Origin: the human T2T-CHM13v2.0 reference genome, Homo sapiens
Length of the DNA stretch: 64,000 nt
NCBI RefSeq assembly: GCF_009914755.1
Contig: NC_060935.1
Strand: one strand, 5' to 3'
The position numbers and the translations under genes are program-made. How positions within the stretch are numbered: position 1 is the stretch's first letter; every line of letters starts with the position of its first letter. The notes under the pieces were generated by a model. It saw only the letters and a list, made by a program, of their open reading frames with translations. It searched no databases and was not told where the DNA came from. Of this stretch, positions 37,425 to 49,649 are shown piece by piece.

Positions 37425-37684
37425 CTGCAAAGGCGAGGCAAGTCAGGGCAGGGAAGCAGGGCGCAGTATGCTTCCCTCCTCCAGCCCTCCATCACATTTT
37501 GCAACAGGCAGTTCTAAGGGACTCATGCAAGGCTGGAAGCTCTGTGTCATGGAGATGGGACAGTAGAAAGTCCCCAGGTCTTATCTGCCCCATTCCTAGG
37601 CTGCTCTGTAACAGAGACCCTGGCTCTAGGGGCTGGCAGTGGGGTCTCCTCTTTCCCCTCTGGGTCAGCCAGGCCATGACTTAC

Positions 37685-37750
37685 GGAGGTGAGGTCCTTC
37701 AGCTGGATGGACTTCTTGTCTTCCACCACCTGGCCCAGGCATCCTGTCAA
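37685..37750 (-). CDS. PDE2A: PDE2A exon 12 ([22 protein letters not shown])
   Basis: 66 nt; acceptor ccccctag, donor gtaagt. Confidence 0.97.
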
Positions 37751-38260
37751 CTAGGGGGTGAGGAGAGACTGAGTCAGGGCCCAGTACTCCCCAGGTCAGG
37801 GGATCTCAACCTGTCCCCACCCTCAAATCTGGAAGTTTCAAAGAACCCTTCAGTCAGTCCAAATGGTGGACAGGGTCAGCATTGATGAGCAGAGATGGAG
37901 GGGAGTCTGGCAGAATTCGCTATAAAGGACTCTAGAGTCTTCCCTAACTACGAGAGAGATAAGCAGACTCCAAGGATTCTCGTCAACAGATTCTAGCAGA
38001 TCCATATCCAGAAATACTCCAACAGAAGTGAACAGGTCCCAGGTAAGCCTTTCTGTAGATGCTAAGAGATTCTTCCTAATAGAGCCTGCTGATCACAGGT
38101 TGTGATCCCTGCAGCATTTCTAAGTAGTCCCAAGATCCAGATAATTCCATCGGATTCCAAGAGTCTAGAAGATCCAAATACTCCAGGCAGATCCCAGGAG
38201 TGTCTACCCGGCCTCAACCGCCCCTGCAGACTCCAACGAGAAGACAGACGCGGGACTCAC

Positions 38261-38302
38261 GGGAAAGCTGACCTCTTCCCCGAGCACTTTGTCTCCGATG
38301 AC
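38261..38302 (-). CDS. PDE2A: PDE2A exon 11 ([14 protein letters not shown])
   Basis: 42 nt; acceptor ttcctcag, donor gtgagt. Confidence 0.97.
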
Positions 38303-38416
38303 CTGAGGAACGGAGTGCAGGGGGCTGGTTAAAGGAAAGGCAATGGATTTCCCCCTCGGAGACCCGAGTTCCTCGCCCAGCCCCGCCCCCGCTCTACAGT
38401 GGACCTGGGCCCTCAC

Positions 38417-38491
38417 CTTGCAAGAAAGCTGGAGATTGTCCTCCGACACCAGCAGGAGGCAGCAGCGGGATGCCCGGGTCTCCTGCTGCAG
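38417..38491 (-). CDS. PDE2A: PDE2A exon 10 ([25 protein letters not shown])
   Basis: 75 nt; acceptor ctctctcag, donor gtgagg. Confidence 0.97.
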
Positions 38492-38701
38492 CTGAGAGAG
38501 GGACAGGCAGGGCGAGGGGGTGACCGCGGATCCGGGTCACCCCACTCCCCACCTGCTCCCCTCTCCGGGGCTCTTCAGGCGGGTGGAGGAGAGAGGAAGG
38601 AAGGACATCGTAATTGGAACTGAGATGGAGGGCTCAAGGGGAAGTTGGTCCCCGGAGGGAGACAGGACGGGGAGGTGGCCGGCAGGGGCGCAGGGACTCA
38701 C

Positions 38702-38754
38702 GTATTGGAGCACTTTGAGCTGCAGGGAAGAGGCATCCAGGTCGTAGAGTTCCC
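38702..38754 (-). CDS. PDE2A: PDE2A exon 9 (GELYDLDASSLQLKVLQY), start of GAF-A
   Basis: 53 nt; acceptor ccttgcag, donor gtgagt. Confidence 0.97.
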
Positions 38755-38936
38755 CTGCAAGGGCCAGGCGCCGGTCAGAGAGAGGGCCCCTCCGCACCTC
38801 CGTGTCCGGGTCCCTCAGGCGCCGCTCAGCTCCGCGCCGGGCCCGCCGCCGGCTCCCGGGATCGCCTAACCCGCCCACCTCCCCTCCAAGTTCTGCCCGG
38901 CCCCGCCCTCGTGACCTGTCCAGGCCGGGCCCTCAC

Positions 38937-39090
38937 CGCACAGTTGGAGGATCTTGCGGTCGCGGTCGGTGTACGCCGCCCCGCCCTTCTGGTCTTCCGC
39001 CGTCCCCTCCGGGGGGTTCTGGACGGCTCGGGGAGCCTCCCTGGGCCCGCGCTGCTGCAGGACCTGCACCCTCCGCAGGGCGACCAGGGT
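38937..39090 (-). CDS. PDE2A: PDE2A exon 8 ([10 protein letters not shown]...DRKILQLC)
   Basis: 154 nt; acceptor tgccccag, donor gtgagg. Confidence 0.97.
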
Positions 39091-39476
39091 CTGGGGCAGG
39101 CCGAGCGGTTAGCGCGCCGCTCGCCCCAAGCTCGCTGCGCTTGCTGCAGCGGGATTCCTGCCTTTGCTCCCGCCGTTCCCTCTGCCTGCCGGGCCCAGGG
39201 ACCCCGCCGCCGTCCCAAACACCTCATCCCTGGACTCTACCTTCCTGAGGGCTCCCCCGGGGGCTCCCACAGCCCCTGGAGCGTCCGGCGGTCCAGGAAC
39301 AGGAGGGTACAGGGTCTATCTCCATCCCTAGCCCCTAGATTCTTCCAAGACAAGATGTCAGATTTCTGTCTCCAGCCCCCTCAGGAAGTCGTAAGTCCTT
39401 GTTAAAGTCACAAAATCATAAAGTCTCAGGCATGAAAGAGCCTCAGTATCATTATGTGGAGGGTTCTTTCTAAGTA

Positions 39477-39557
39477 CAGATGCTCCTGGACTTAGGATAG
39501 GGTTGCTTCCCCATAAATCCATCAAAAAGTCGAAAATTGTAAGTTGGCAACCGTGTG
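39477..39557 (+). mobile_element. Internally deleted MER47/Tigger-type MITE
   Basis: ta-cagatgctcctggactta...ccgtgtg-ta. Confidence 0.6.
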
Positions 39558-39589
39558 TATTTACAAGATATTTGACCAGTTTTGTTTCA

Positions 39590-39740
39590 CCACTGCCCTA
39601 GGTCAGTCGGTGCTATCATTATCCCCATTTTCAGGTGTGAAACTGAGGCCCAGAGAGGTTTAGTGACTTGCTCAAGGTCACACAGCTCAAAAGCAGCAAA
39701 GCCGAAGCTGAAACCCAGGTCTGTCCAGCTCCCTGGCCAG
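39590..39740 (+). mobile_element. MIR (similar fragments near 4480, 45450, 45800, 46700, 54800, 59170)
   Basis: MIR core attatccccattttcaggtgtgaaactgaggcccagagagg..tgacttgctcaaggtcacacagct. Confidence 0.8.
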
Positions 39741-39806
39741 GCCATCTTCCCACCAGCTGTGATAAGGGTCTTCAGCCTCATTGCACATGGCCCCACTCCC
39801 ACTCAC

Positions 39807-39866
39807 ATGCTTCTCCACCGCCTGCAGGCTCCATTCCTCATTATCACTCAGCTGGCCACAGTGCAC
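39807..39866 (-). CDS. PDE2A: PDE2A exon 7 ([20 protein letters not shown])
   Basis: 60 nt; acceptor ccctccag, donor gtgagt. Confidence 0.97.
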
Positions 39867-41690
39867 CTGGAGGGATGGGAGAAGGGAACTAGCTGTGACC
39901 TCTCTCAGTGTCTGTCTCTGCCAGAGTGCCCTCCCCATGCGCAGCACACACTGGTCCCCACCAACACATACACACTCCAGTCTGTGGGCCTCAGTGATAA
40001 CCCCATCTTTCTGACCACTCAGACAGCTCCAGGAAAATCCCTCCTGTAGGAAGTCTCCTAGGACTAACCTAAGGACGTGAAACTTTTTTGTCTCTGCCTT
40101 TTCAATCACTGTCTCATCAAGAGCACAGTCCGGGTGTATGGTTCAGGGGATGGAGGGACCTTAGACCCCTTTTTAGCTCACAGATTATGGAGCGCTGCAG
40201 GTCCTGATTTTAGAATTGGTGGTATTAGCCTCAGCCTCCCGGCTCTATCCTGTCTGAGTTAGGGTTTGAGCTGCCCCTAAGTCTTGGATAAAGGAATGGG
40301 CTCAGTATGATGCACCTGCCATGGTGAGGATGGACGGGTGAATGAATAAATGGATAAATGGGTTCGTGAAGTGCTTTGCCTTACATGTGATTCTCACCAC
40401 TGTGATGCAAGCCTCCACCTGGCAGGCAAGCCATGGCCAGAAAAGTGGAGTGACTTGCCCAAAATCACATAGCAGAAAGTGGCAGAGTGAAGACAGCACC
40501 ACCCACTCCCTCCCGTTCTCTGCCCACACCTTCCCCCCTCTAGATCCACTCTCTCCACCACCCCCATCATCCTGTCCCTCTCCAAGCTCCCTGTGCCAGT
40601 CACCAGGGAACTCAGCCCATCTTTCATACTCTGTGAAGTCCCTTCCCCCACTCCTACTTGGGTGCTTGTCGAGGAAAATGAGAGACGGTGGGGAGGGAGG
40701 GTGGCAGCCTAGGGACCCACTACAGGCCCTGCCAGCAAGGCTCCCCACCTGCGTCACTAGCTTCCGGAGCTTACTCAAAGCTGCTCACCACCTGCAGAGC
40801 TCCCCACAGCGCCTGCACTGGGGGCTCCTCCTTCCTCCTCCCTCCCCAGTCAGCAGCCAATGCCTGCCTCAGCTCTGGGTCTCCTGCCAGGAGCAGATGG
40901 GGAGGAGGAGACCAGCAGGTTCTCGGGAAGCTCACAGTCTGTCTGGGGTGGGACGAGTGGGGAGACATGACTGGGAGGAGGTGTGGAGCCTCATACCTGA
41001 GGAAGGAGAGAGAAAACTAGGTGGGTAGCTCAGAGGGGAGGACATTTGGAAGGCTTCCTGAATTGGCATGGGGAGGACAAGTAGACCTTGAAGAGACCAG
41101 GACACTGGCGGTAGGTGGTGCGGGGAGATGAGGATCCAGGTAGGGGTGTGGTCCATGGTACCACAGAAGGAAGGGCCTTGAGTGCCAGGCTAAGAAGTTA
41201 GACTTTAGCCTGAGAGTACTGGGGAGCCATGGCAGACTTTAGCATCTGAGGGCCACTGTCTGTGGGGTGTAGGGTGAATTTGAGGGAGGGAGATTGGAGG
41301 CAGGAAGACCTGGAAGAGACCTGGGCTGTCAAGGATGGTGTTTAAACTTAAGCTCTGGATGAGGCTCAATCTGTGACTCCTACAGGACAGCGGGGGCGGG
41401 AGGGAGGAGAAGCTGGGGCTATGGTTCATTTGCATATGGCTTATATAAATATGTTGGCATTTTACTGTTAGCACATGGAGGAGGACGTGGTTCTTGTTCC
41501 TTCCACCTGGTCCCATCTCTCAAGAATAGAGAAGGCTGGGACCCCTCTAAGGCTGTGGGGGCAACCAGTTCTCGGGCTGCCTTGGCCTACTTGCACCCAG
41601 CATGTGCACAAACACACACACCTACACTCTCATGAAGAACGTCAGGCCCTCACACACATGCACTTACACTCAATCTCCCATGGAGGTGGT

Positions 41691-41716
41691 ACACACACAC
41701 ACACACACACACACAC
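41691..41716. repeat. (CA)n microsatellite
   Basis: Direct read. Confidence 0.95.
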
Positions 41717-43551
41717 GGTGCAGTCACAGACACAAAGACATCCACACACCCACCCTTACAGTGTCCACAGCATCCCCACAGGCACATTCATGCCTGTACA
41801 CAGGAAATAGTTCACTTACCCAAAAGCCATGCACATGCACCTGGCGCCCCCATACACAAACACACACAATCACCCCCACACACTCATGGCTTTTTGTTCG
41901 CCAACAGGAACACACACTTACACCTGCTCTTGCTAATCAGGGCAAGTGTCTGGGACCCAGTGGGAACACTCAACATTGGGCACTGTGGCTGTAAGAGAGG
42001 GTTAAAACCCAGCACAGCCCCCAGGTCCCCACCCTAACCAAGTTCAAAATGGTTAATGGCATGAACACCCCATCCCCGTGCAGGGAGCTGGTGTGGCTGG
42101 TGCAGCTGGGGGAAGAGTGGGCACAAATCAGGCATCAAATGCCAGAGACCAAGGGCTGCCACTCCTCAAAGGGACTTATTATCCCAGGATTAAGGAACAG
42201 AGCCAAAGACTTTCCACACAAAAAATTTGCAATCAAGGTGCTTTGAGCAGTGAGCTGTAAAGGCCCAGAAGTCAGCCACACAGCCCTGCACCTGGCCAGC
42301 ATATTCCTCAGAGAGCCCTCGCTGATGGCGTCGCCACTGGACCCCAGCATTCCTTTGCAGGACTCCCTCGAGGGGTTTCCTTGCTAGCACTTGCCATCAC
42401 GTGTGATCCTATCCTTATTTTGCTCACTTGTTTTGCAGTATTTTTGTTATTTTTATTGTCTTTAGAGATGGAGTCGCACTCTATTCTCCAGGCCAGATTC
42501 AAACTCCTGAGCTCAAGGAATACTCCCAAGTAGCTGGGGTTATGCTCACTTTAGTGCTTCTCACCACCAACCCTCCAGACCATATGGTCTGTGAAGGCAG
42601 GGCCTGTCTAATCTGTCTTGGTCACTTCTGTGTTCCCAGCACCTAGCACTCCATGCCTGACATACAGTGGGTACTCAAGAAATAGTTGTTCAACTGATGG
42701 ATGAGGGGGTGGATGGGTAGGTGGATCAGTGGATGAATACTAAGAGCAGAGACTGAGAGAGGGGAATGGGGCTTGTCCAGGAAGGAGCTGGTGACTCGGC
42801 CTTCCCAAAAGATCAACCGACCCTGTGGCTCTCCATCTTCCTTCTGCACCCTCTGCCCTCAGGATCTGGCAGCAGCTGGGAAGTCTGGGGCTGCCTGTGC
42901 TACCTCTGGGAGGCAGTGAGATCCTGTGAGCCAGGGTGCATCTGTCAGACATGTATGCCTTGGGGAGGGGGCATCCTAGGGAAGTGCATTTACACATGAG
43001 TGGGAAGGTGCAGGCTTAGAGGAGAGGCAGATGTGAATAATCTAAACACCTTTCAAGAGTTCTTCCCTGCCCAGGGTATTTGAGGAGGTGAAGGGACGGT
43101 TGTTGAAAACTCCTGGCAGCCAGAGCCCAGCTGGCTAGCATCCTGCTCAACAGCATGCACCCCTACTTCAGCTTCCCCAGGACCACACTCTCCCCTCAGC
43201 ACACCACCCCTTCCCCCGGCCTCCTTCCTGCCTTGCTCACATTCCTCCTCTGCCTAGAATCCCCTTTCCCTTCTTCCCTGCCTGTGGACCTCCTACCTGT
43301 GCCCCAAGGCCCCACACAAATGCTTTCTCTGTGATGAGGTACCACTTGCTGCTCCAGGCTTTGCCACCAGAACACCTGCTGGCAACAGTATTTCATCTGG
43401 CCTGTGGTGGGGAGGGTGTCCCTGCCTTCCCCCAGACTGAGAGCTCCCTGAAGGCAGAGTCGGCTCCAGCACCCAGCCTGCCGCAGGACCAGACCAGAGT
43501 TCTACTGGGTGAGTTAAGTGTAAGTGATCTGATCCCACCAGCGTCCCTGAG

Positions 43552-43580
43552 ACACACACACACACACACACACACACACA
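43552..43580. repeat. (CA)n microsatellite
   Basis: Direct read. Confidence 0.95.
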
Positions 43581-44969
43581 TTGGCCTCTGGCCCAGCCTG
43601 AGCCAAGGTGAGCAGCGGCCATGGCAAGCATTCCGCCCACAAGGGAAGCAACCTTCCAAATGTCTTCCCCTTACTTCCCTCCTGACCCAGTCCTCATAGC
43701 CTCAATCTAAGGAAGTCCTTCTCAGGCACCTGGCACCCCAGGCCCTTTGCCCTCAGCAGAGAAGGAGGTGCGTGACCCAGCCACCACCTCCCAATCCCCA
43801 CCTCTGCACACAGCCCCTCACCTCAGTGCCCCTCAAAGCTGACCAGCCCTGGGGCAGACCAAGAGCAAAGAATAGGGGGAGGCGACCCCCTGAGAACTCC
43901 GTGCAACAGCAGCTCCGTTCCAGAAACCGGGGGTGGGGGGAGCAGCTTGCGGAGAAACCAAGCAGCGGCCTTGGCTCCCTCAGTCAGGAAGATGGGTGCA
44001 GAGGAGACCCAGCCAAGTACCCCTCCTCCCCTCCCCCCTCTCCTCCCCTCTCAGCCATCCCTGACTCCCACTGCCCTCTCCTGCCAGCAGCTCAGAAAGG
44101 TCAGGCGCCTGGGAAGCGTTTAATTCCATTTTAATGAGCTGGAGAGGAGTCCCCGGGGAACCAACACCTGCTCATTTATCTGTCCATGCCCCCAAGCCTG
44201 CCCTTTACTGGAATGGCAGCCCCCTCGACAGAAGCAGACCCCCAATAATAGCAATTTGGGGAACTCATCCTTTGGTTACTAGGATAGAACGAGTTTGAAC
44301 CCCCACCTCCATACAGGAGAAGAAACGGAAAGAGCGGCAGAATCCCGTCCCCACAGGCTCTGCACTTCCACAATCCCCTCCACGGAGCAGAAACCCTGGG
44401 AACTCCTCGAGGGGCTGCAGAGGGAGGCTTGTCTGGGTTCTGGGGCTCTGGCAGAGCATCCACCACTTCCCACTAACACTCCTTCCTCAGCCACTCCAGA
44501 AAGCCCCCCTAGCTGCCTGTCTTCCGCCCAGCCTCAGCCCTGGGTCTGGCTGGCCTGACCATGGCCTTTCTCTCCTCAAGGCCCCCAGCTCCAGCCACTC
44601 CAAATCTCTGGCTAGTTTTCCACACTATCTCTATTGGTCAGGCCCTTATGTCCATCTGTCCCTCCGCAGCATCTCTCTTCACACCTCACTTGGTTCATGC
44701 CCTCCTGGACATTATCCCCACCCCATCTGGAGGATCCCAAAGAGAAACCAAGGTTAGTGCTGCGTACGCCAAAGGCTGGGCCTTCTAACCTTATGGGGGC
44801 TGAGAGTCCAGCAGGGGCTTGCACACCCCTCAGAAAGCTGCTGACTGGGCCAATGGCTTCATCCTACCTATTCGAGGTGGGGCAGAAGGCTGGGGTGTGG
44901 GAGATGCCCCAACTCCTCCCACCCCCACACCCCCATTTCCCCTCACTCCATCCTCGCTTATGGCTCCCA

Positions 44970-44970
<1 letters not shown>

Positions 44971-45032
<62 letters not shown>
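44971..45032. repeat. Compound microsatellite (CT)9(CA)22
   Basis: Direct read. Confidence 0.97.
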
Positions 45033-45036
<4 letters not shown>

Positions 45037-45108
45037 GGACAGGCTCCATCCACCACTCCCTCCCATGGTCTCCTCTCCCTACATCCCACCGCCTAGGCAG
45101 GCTCTTAC

Positions 45109-45164
45109 CAAGATGACAGCTGCCACGGCCCCAGCCTCCTTGTCCGCTAGCGGCATGACCAGCA
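45109..45164 (-). CDS. PDE2A: PDE2A exon 6 (VLVMPLADKEAGAVAAVIL)
   Basis: 56 nt; acceptor ccccctcag, donor gtaaga. Confidence 0.97.
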
Positions 45165-46019
45165 CTGAGGGGGAGAGGGCAATGAGGTGCTCCTGCAGGG
45201 CTGGCGAGGCTCAGAGATACCGAGCCGGGACCCAGGTGGGGGAGACAAAGATGCAGACAAAGAGAGGCCAGGACAGAGACACACAGAGACCCCAAAACCC
45301 ACAGAAACACAGAGGCGGGTCCTGAGGCAGCAACAAAAACAACCACAGCAACAGCCTCTGCATGGAAGGAAACCCCTTCACTCACAACCTTCTTGTGATC
45401 CTCCCAGGGTTGCAGGGAGGAAGGCAGGTGAGGCTGAGCACCTCTATTTTACAGATTGGGAAACTGAGGTCTAGAAAGGGGAAGTGACTTGCCCAAGATC
45501 ACACAGCAAGTCAGGTCTCCTGACTCCCAGTCTTGTGCACTTTCCACATCGAGACAGAGGACAGAGACCTAGAGAGACTGAGACACGAGGCAGAGAGGGA
45601 CATGGCGGACAGGAGGCATGGAGGAGAAGAAAAAGAGAAATAGGGCCAATGACAGTGACAGAGAGAATGTGAGAGCAACTACAGCCCCATCCAGCATCAG
45701 GCACAGGCACATCACAACCACAGCCACGGGCCACTGAGCCCTCGCTTGTGCCAGGCCCCTAACATGCATGATCTCACTTGCACCTCCTTGAAACACCCCC
45801 TCAAGGTAAATACTATTGTCCCATTTTATAGTCAGGAAGTTGAGGCTCAGAGAATTTAGTAGTACAATAGAGAGAGAATTAGATGGAGGGACTGCTAGAG
45901 ACACAGAGCAAGAGAAAGAAGGAGACAGAGATGAAGAGGAATAGAAGACACACATGACCTGGAGTGCAGGGGCCACAGTCCCTCCCTGCCCCTGCCCCTG
46001 CCCAGCCCCTAGCCCTTAC

Positions 46020-46129
46020 CTTGGGTATCAGGAGCCAGTGGAGCCACCAGCCTGGCCAAGGGCTTCCCTGGCAGGTCTGAGAAGCCCAGCCCATTGCAGC
46101 CCAGCCGCTTCTGGGAGATGATAGCCTCC
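46020..46129 (-). CDS. PDE2A: PDE2A exon 5 (EAIISQKRLGCNGLGFSDLPGKPLARLVAPLAPDTQ)
   Basis: 110 nt; acceptor cttttcag, donor gtaagg. Confidence 0.97.
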
Positions 46130-48419
46130 CTGAAAAGAGGACATGATGCCACCTTGAGAGCCCCCGACTCAGGGAGGAACGAGGCCTGGCCTGGGAACAC
46201 AGGACAGTTTGGACCCTGCACATGTGCAAGGATCTGGGCAAGCTGACCTGCCTCAGGTTGGACACGATGACAGCACAAGTAAAAAAGTAGGGGACCCTGG
46301 ACCCTATGTGGAGAAACAGGCAGCCACAGTTTGGCCTCTGGTGCCCCTTGCTGGTAAAGGCTCGGGTGGGGCCCAGTGCAGATCTTCCAGGCAGTGGGAG
46401 AGCAGAGGAAGTGAATGCAGGGGCTCAAAGCTAGGCTGCCTGCTACAATCTGACCTTAGGCACATGACCTGACCTCTCTGATCTTCCCAAGGAGAACTAG
46501 GGTGGAGAGAGAAGAACCCTCCCTGTCACCATCCTCAGAAAACAATTGTTGATCAGCTTTTAGTGCTAAGCACAGGAGGTAATCATCATAACTAAAGTTT
46601 ATTGGCCATTTCCTATGTCCCGTGCACAGCCCAAGCAACTCACATAGATGAACTCAGAATTCCCAGCAATTCTATGAATTAGATATCTTCATTTTCAGAT
46701 GGAGAAGCTATGGCACCAAGAGGCTAATTCACTTGCCCAGGGTTACACAGTGAATAAGCGGTAGAGCCAGGATTTGAACCCAGGTAGGTGGCACCAGGGC
46801 TAGGTCTAACCACTATGCTGGAACCTTCCCAAATACCTGTGGAGGTGTGAGCTTTGAACAGGGGGCAGGTGTGAGTGGCAGGGTATGACAGTGGCAGAGG
46901 GGTGGTGGGAACCAAGGCAGGGGAGGTTGGTATGGGAAGAATGAGTTTCTCTCTGTCCCACCACACAACCCACCTCCTCTACCCCCCAGCCTCTGGCTCA
47001 TCCCGTTTAATTAAGCACCTGAGTTTGCACCAAATGTCACTCCTTGATGATTAATTGTCCTGGGTTCTTCATCCCTCATGCTGCCTCCACTTAATTGTGC
47101 TTGTAGGAACTGCCTGGCCTGGACAGAAGAGAAACTTGGGGAACTGTGTGCATACAGGGTCACTAAGGGAAGCCCAGCAAAGGTCACATGAGGAAAAGGA
47201 GGGGGTGGCCTGCAAGTCACGAGATCACTAGGTCAGAGACTCTAGACAAATCGAGGACCAAAGAGGTTGAGCATCTCGTTCAAGCTCACGCAGCATTCTG
47301 AACCAAACCCATTCCTTCCTGGCCACTTTAAGTAATCCAGGATCTACAGGAACCGGTGGTGTCTCCCACCTTCCAGCCCCTACACCCAGGACCTTTAAGG
47401 TTCCTGAAGTGCTGGGCTCCAGTTCCCGGCTGTCCACATTGCCAGTCACCCCGGGAAGGAGAGGGACGTAGGGTGGCAGGAGGGCAACGGGAGCCACGTT
47501 TCCTGATGATTAAACTGATGAAGGCTGAGGCTTCACGGAGGCAGGGGGTGACCCCTGGCCAAACCCTGCCCAGCTCCTTGGCCTCAGACAATCTGGTTAA
47601 CCGGAGGCCACAAGGTGGCACTGGTCCTTGCGTTGCTGGTCAGTGCGCACTGCAGCCTCATCCTGCCGACTCCCAACTATTTCCCCTCCCACCCCTGGAC
47701 TGGAGCTGCTTGGCCTCTCTTTCCCAGGACCCTGATGAAGGAATCTGTCCTCAGCCTTTCTTCTCTTTTGCACAAAACCCCTCCTCTGTGCTCACGGCCT
47801 CATGACTCTCCAGCCCTCACTCATGAGCTCCAGACCCCAGATACCCAAAGGCCACCTGGAGCCTCCCCACCACGTCCCTGAGGTGGCCCAGGGACCCCCA
47901 TACCATCTGAATTATTATCTCCACTCCCTCCACCTCACAACAAAGCAGCACAACCATCCACCAGGTCCTTCACGGCTTGTCCAAAAACCTGCCTTCTTTC
48001 CTCACCTCCCCCATCCGATCAGTGAGTCACCTCCCAGTTGTCTCTCACAACTGTCCTCTGCTCTCTATGCCCAAGCCACTGCCCAGCTCACATGGAGACA
48101 CCTTTTCCCTGAACCCTGAAGCAGCCTCTCCCCAAGCCTCTAGCCTCCTAGCTGGGTCTCTTCAATCCATTCTCCATGGCAGAGCAAGAATAAGTGTTCT
48201 AGATGAAAAACCTCGGGGAGCATTCTACTTAAAGTCTCTCATTTCACTGGGTCCTTCTGGGTCAGGTTCAGTGCTGAGGGCTGAGATGAGCAGAGGGGTC
48301 AGACATATGCCTCACTTGAGGAGGCCAAGAACACGCAGAGATCAACGTACAGACCCACGCTTCAGTCGGGAGATGAGAGCTCTGCCAAAGGCAGGAAGAG
48401 CAGGCCCCAGCCCACTCAG

Positions 48420-48860
48420 GTGCAGGGTGTGATGGAGTCAGAGAAGGCTTCCTGTAGAGGGAGACACCTGAGTTGAGTCCTAAAGGACAGGCAGAGGTTA
48501 TCGAGGCAGACAGGAAAGGATGTCCAGGGAATTGCAATTGTGAAGGCTTGGAGGCGAGAAGATTGTGTGCCTGCTGAAAGGTATGGCCACAAGGAGGTTG
48601 GTGTGACTGGACAGCCGAGAGCAAGGCTAGACAGGGGCCAGGGCCCTATGGAGCTGGGCTTGAGCCTGAGGGCAGGGGGTGCCCTGGGAGGGATTTGAGC
48701 AGGGACGGTAATGGTCAGGTATGATTTCAGAACGATCATGCTGCCTGGGTAAAACTCTCCACATAAGGAGACTGTGACACTGGAAACCTGGTCTCAGTGA
48801 GGGTCCTATCATCTTAGTGGCCCTGGACAAGACAGAGGCTGAGCTGGGATAGACCAATCT
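48420..48860 (+). mobile_element. L2 fragment
   Basis: agaaggcttcctgtagaggg..ctgagttgagtcctaaagga...gggatttgagcaggg motifs. Confidence 0.6.
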
Positions 48861-49649
48861 TGATAAGCCGAGATGCCCCCAAGCACTGGGGCTTCCAAGG
48901 ACCCTCAATTCTTAGGCAGCCTCGGCACCTTGCTCTGCAGCCTGCCCTCCCCCGGCTTTGCGGGACCCCATAGCCCACACTCACCTCAACCTACCCCCAT
49001 GGGAGCCCCTTTCCTCTGCCATAGCCCTCCCAGAACTGCTGTCCTCCTGAAGTCTCCAAAGATGCCCACAGACTGCGAGGGGGAATGTGCCAAGGCTGAG
49101 TCTCCCCCACCCACATGGGAGCGGGAGCTTCGTCCACTGCTCAGACCCCCGATAGCTCCTTGCTCAACTCAGAGCCGCTCCCTGCTCCTCTCCAGTTCCT
49201 CCCTTACTACTACCCCACCCCCACCCTGCCTTCCAGGCTCATGCTGGGGGTTGTGGGGAACTCCACAACCCAGGGCCAGCTGCCCAGGCGAAGGCTAATG
49301 ACAGCACTGGGTGCCTGGGTGGTCATGGCCTGCCCCACTGAAGATAAGGACAGATGGGCACAGAGTGGAGAGAGGAACAGGCGTGGACTTTATGGCAGTT
49401 CCGTCCCTTTAACAACTATTTGTTTAATGGAAAAAGAATCGAGGGAAAGGTTCTCTGCTGGTAGGGCCAACAGCCTGGAAAGAGCTGGGTCCCCTGCACT
49501 TCTCTGAGCCCCTGTGTGTGTCCTTCTCGCGTTCTCTACTTTGGAGAAGCCCCCCTCCAACACCCACTAGGTCCCAGGCATCATTAAGCAGCCAAGCCTG
49601 TTGCTGAGCCCATCCTCCCACGGAACCCCATCCCCCCAGGGAACCCCCA

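Larger units (their letters stand above)
38200..39300. promoter_or_regulatory. Intragenic CpG island over exons 8-11
   Basis: Dense CpG, e.g. gcgccgggcccgccgccggc and agcgcgccgctcgcc in introns. Confidence 0.85.
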
